Shown here piece after piece: positions 62,927-64,000 of a stretch of 64,000 nt of DNA. The stretch is from an uncultured Planctomycetaceae bacterium (lineage in GTDB: Bacteria > Planctomycetota > Planctomycetia > Isosphaerales > Isosphaeraceae): contig CAWIAD010000002.1 of NCBI GenBank assembly GCA_963833985.1, positions 2,432,001 through 2,496,000 on the forward strand, read 5' to 3'. The translations under genes and the position numbers were made by a program. The notes under the pieces were generated by a model, which saw nothing but the letters and a program-made list of their open reading frames with translations, was not told where the DNA came from and ran no database searches. How positions within the stretch are numbered: the stretch's first letter is position 1; every line of letters begins with the position of its first letter.

Positions 62927-63364
62927 TCAGTGACTTTCCTCGCTGCCCGCGCCCCGCGTGCGCACAGGCAAACGCACGTTGCGGATACCCGCTGCATCGC
63001 ACACGGAAAGCACGTCGGCCAGGTCCTGGTAGGCCAGCGTGGCCTCACCGCGAATCATCACGCCCTGGTTTGTGTACTGCTGCCGCGCCTGCTTGAGGAA
63101 TGCGCCCAGGCCATCAAGGTCGTACGTCGCCTCGTTCACGGCGACCGCACCGGGACGGAGCACGGTGAGCACCAGGTCGTCGGGTGCGGCTGTCAGGGGC
63201 GCCGCGCTGCCAACTTCGGGGACCTTCACCGCGAATTCGCTCTCGTCCCAATCATAAAGCCGGGTGGCCGCCATGAAGAAGACCAGCAGGCAGAGGATGA
63301 CGTCCACCATGGGCGTCATGTTGATATGGGGCACCTCGTCGCTCTGCAACCGGTTCGTCAGCAT
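62927..63364 (-). CDS. exbD: Biopolymer transport protein ExbD/TolR
   Basis: INMTPMVDVILCLLVFFM and VMIRGE. Confidence 0.92.
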   Translation of the reverse strand: MLTNRLQSDEVPHINMTPMVDVILCLLVFFMAATRLYDWDESEFAVKVPEVGSAAPLTAAPDDLVLTVLRPGAVAVNEATYDLDGLGAFLKQARQQYTNQGVMIRGEATLAYQDLADVLSVCDAAGIRNVRLPVRTRGAGSEESH

Positions 63365-63464
63365 GGCGATGCGACTCGAAGTTCCGGGCCGCGCCGCCGC
63401 GGCAAGGCCGGGAGAGGGCAGGCCCGAGGACCATGGGTGATCTCGCTCTGGAATGCGCGGCGGC

Positions 63465-64000
63465 TCAATAGACGCGTGTTTCCTGTCGCAGTGCTTCGCC
63501 TCCCGGCAGGGCACCGTGCCGCCGGTCCAGGCCGCCAGGTCGAACCGCCTCGCCGCAGACCAGTTCAATGACCTGCCGCGCATGCTCGTCGAGTTCTCGA
63601 ATCAAGAGATCGACGCGGCCGAGCAGGTAGTAGTACGCGGCGACCGCGATGATGGCGATCACCAGCCCGCAGGCCGTCGCGACGAGCGCCAGGCTGATGC
63701 CCTGCGCCAGGGCCTCGCCTCGCGCGGGTCCCACGCGGCCGCCGAGCGCGTCGAACGACTGGATGATGCCGACGACGGTGCCCAGCAGGCCGAGCAGGGG
63801 ACCGAGCGTGGCCATGCCGTTGAGGGCGCGGAGGTTCCGCTTCAGCTCGACGACCTCGCCGGCGGCATCAAAACCGAGGTTCTGACGGATGGTCCAGCCG
63901 GGCTGCCCCCAGGCCTTGACGACCATGGCAAAGACGCGGGCGGCGGTGCTCTCATTGGCCTTGCAGAGCTCCAGTGCACGGTCGCGATCGAGCTTGCCCG
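63465..64000 (-). CDS. exbB: MotA/TolQ/ExbB proton channel protein (5' end outside the window)
   Basis: PLLGLLGTVVGII.SF and GISLALVATACGL. Confidence 0.92.
   Translation of the reverse strand, partial: GKLDRDRALELCKANESTAARVFAMVVKAWGQPGWTIRQNLGFDAAGEVVELKRNLRALNGMATLGPLLGLLGTVVGIIQSFDALGGRVGPARGEALAQGISLALVATACGLVIAIIAVAAYYYLLGRVDLLIRELDEHARQVIELVCGEAVRPGGLDRRHGALPGGEALRQETRVY

Overview
GC-rich bacterial DNA with a Planctomycetota-like gene set (DUF1501 and DUF1549/1553 pairs, MoxR/VWA locus, b6-type Rieske complex); the taxonomy is inferred from gene content. No rRNA, tRNA, CRISPR array or transposase was recognised. The window contains: a partial porin-like gene, MarC, a PhaB-like reductase, MFS and NCS2-like permeases, and PTS enzyme I; a probable sigma54-driven Rieske/split cytochrome b6/octaheme cytochrome c operon with two cupredoxin-like exported proteins; and a ~19 kb probable sigma54-driven TPR/beta-propeller-MoxR-DUF58-VWA-VWA-coiled-coil-prenyltransferase-like-NPCBM operon. 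After these come a sensor-less histidine kinase, two DUF1549/1553 + DUF1501 pairs, a glycosyltransferase/methyltransferase pair, a fused tandem oxidoreductase-like protein and an ankyrin protein. A polyhydroxyalkanoate-like locus (malic enzyme, phaR, phasin-like gene, class III/IV-like phaC, SDR) carries paired operator boxes. The window ends with a ceramidase-like gene, an orphan Phd/YefM antitoxin and exbB-exbD-dedA. About 15 small indels break otherwise intact genes and almost all sit at GCGC, which suggests motif-linked long-read errors rather than pseudogenes.
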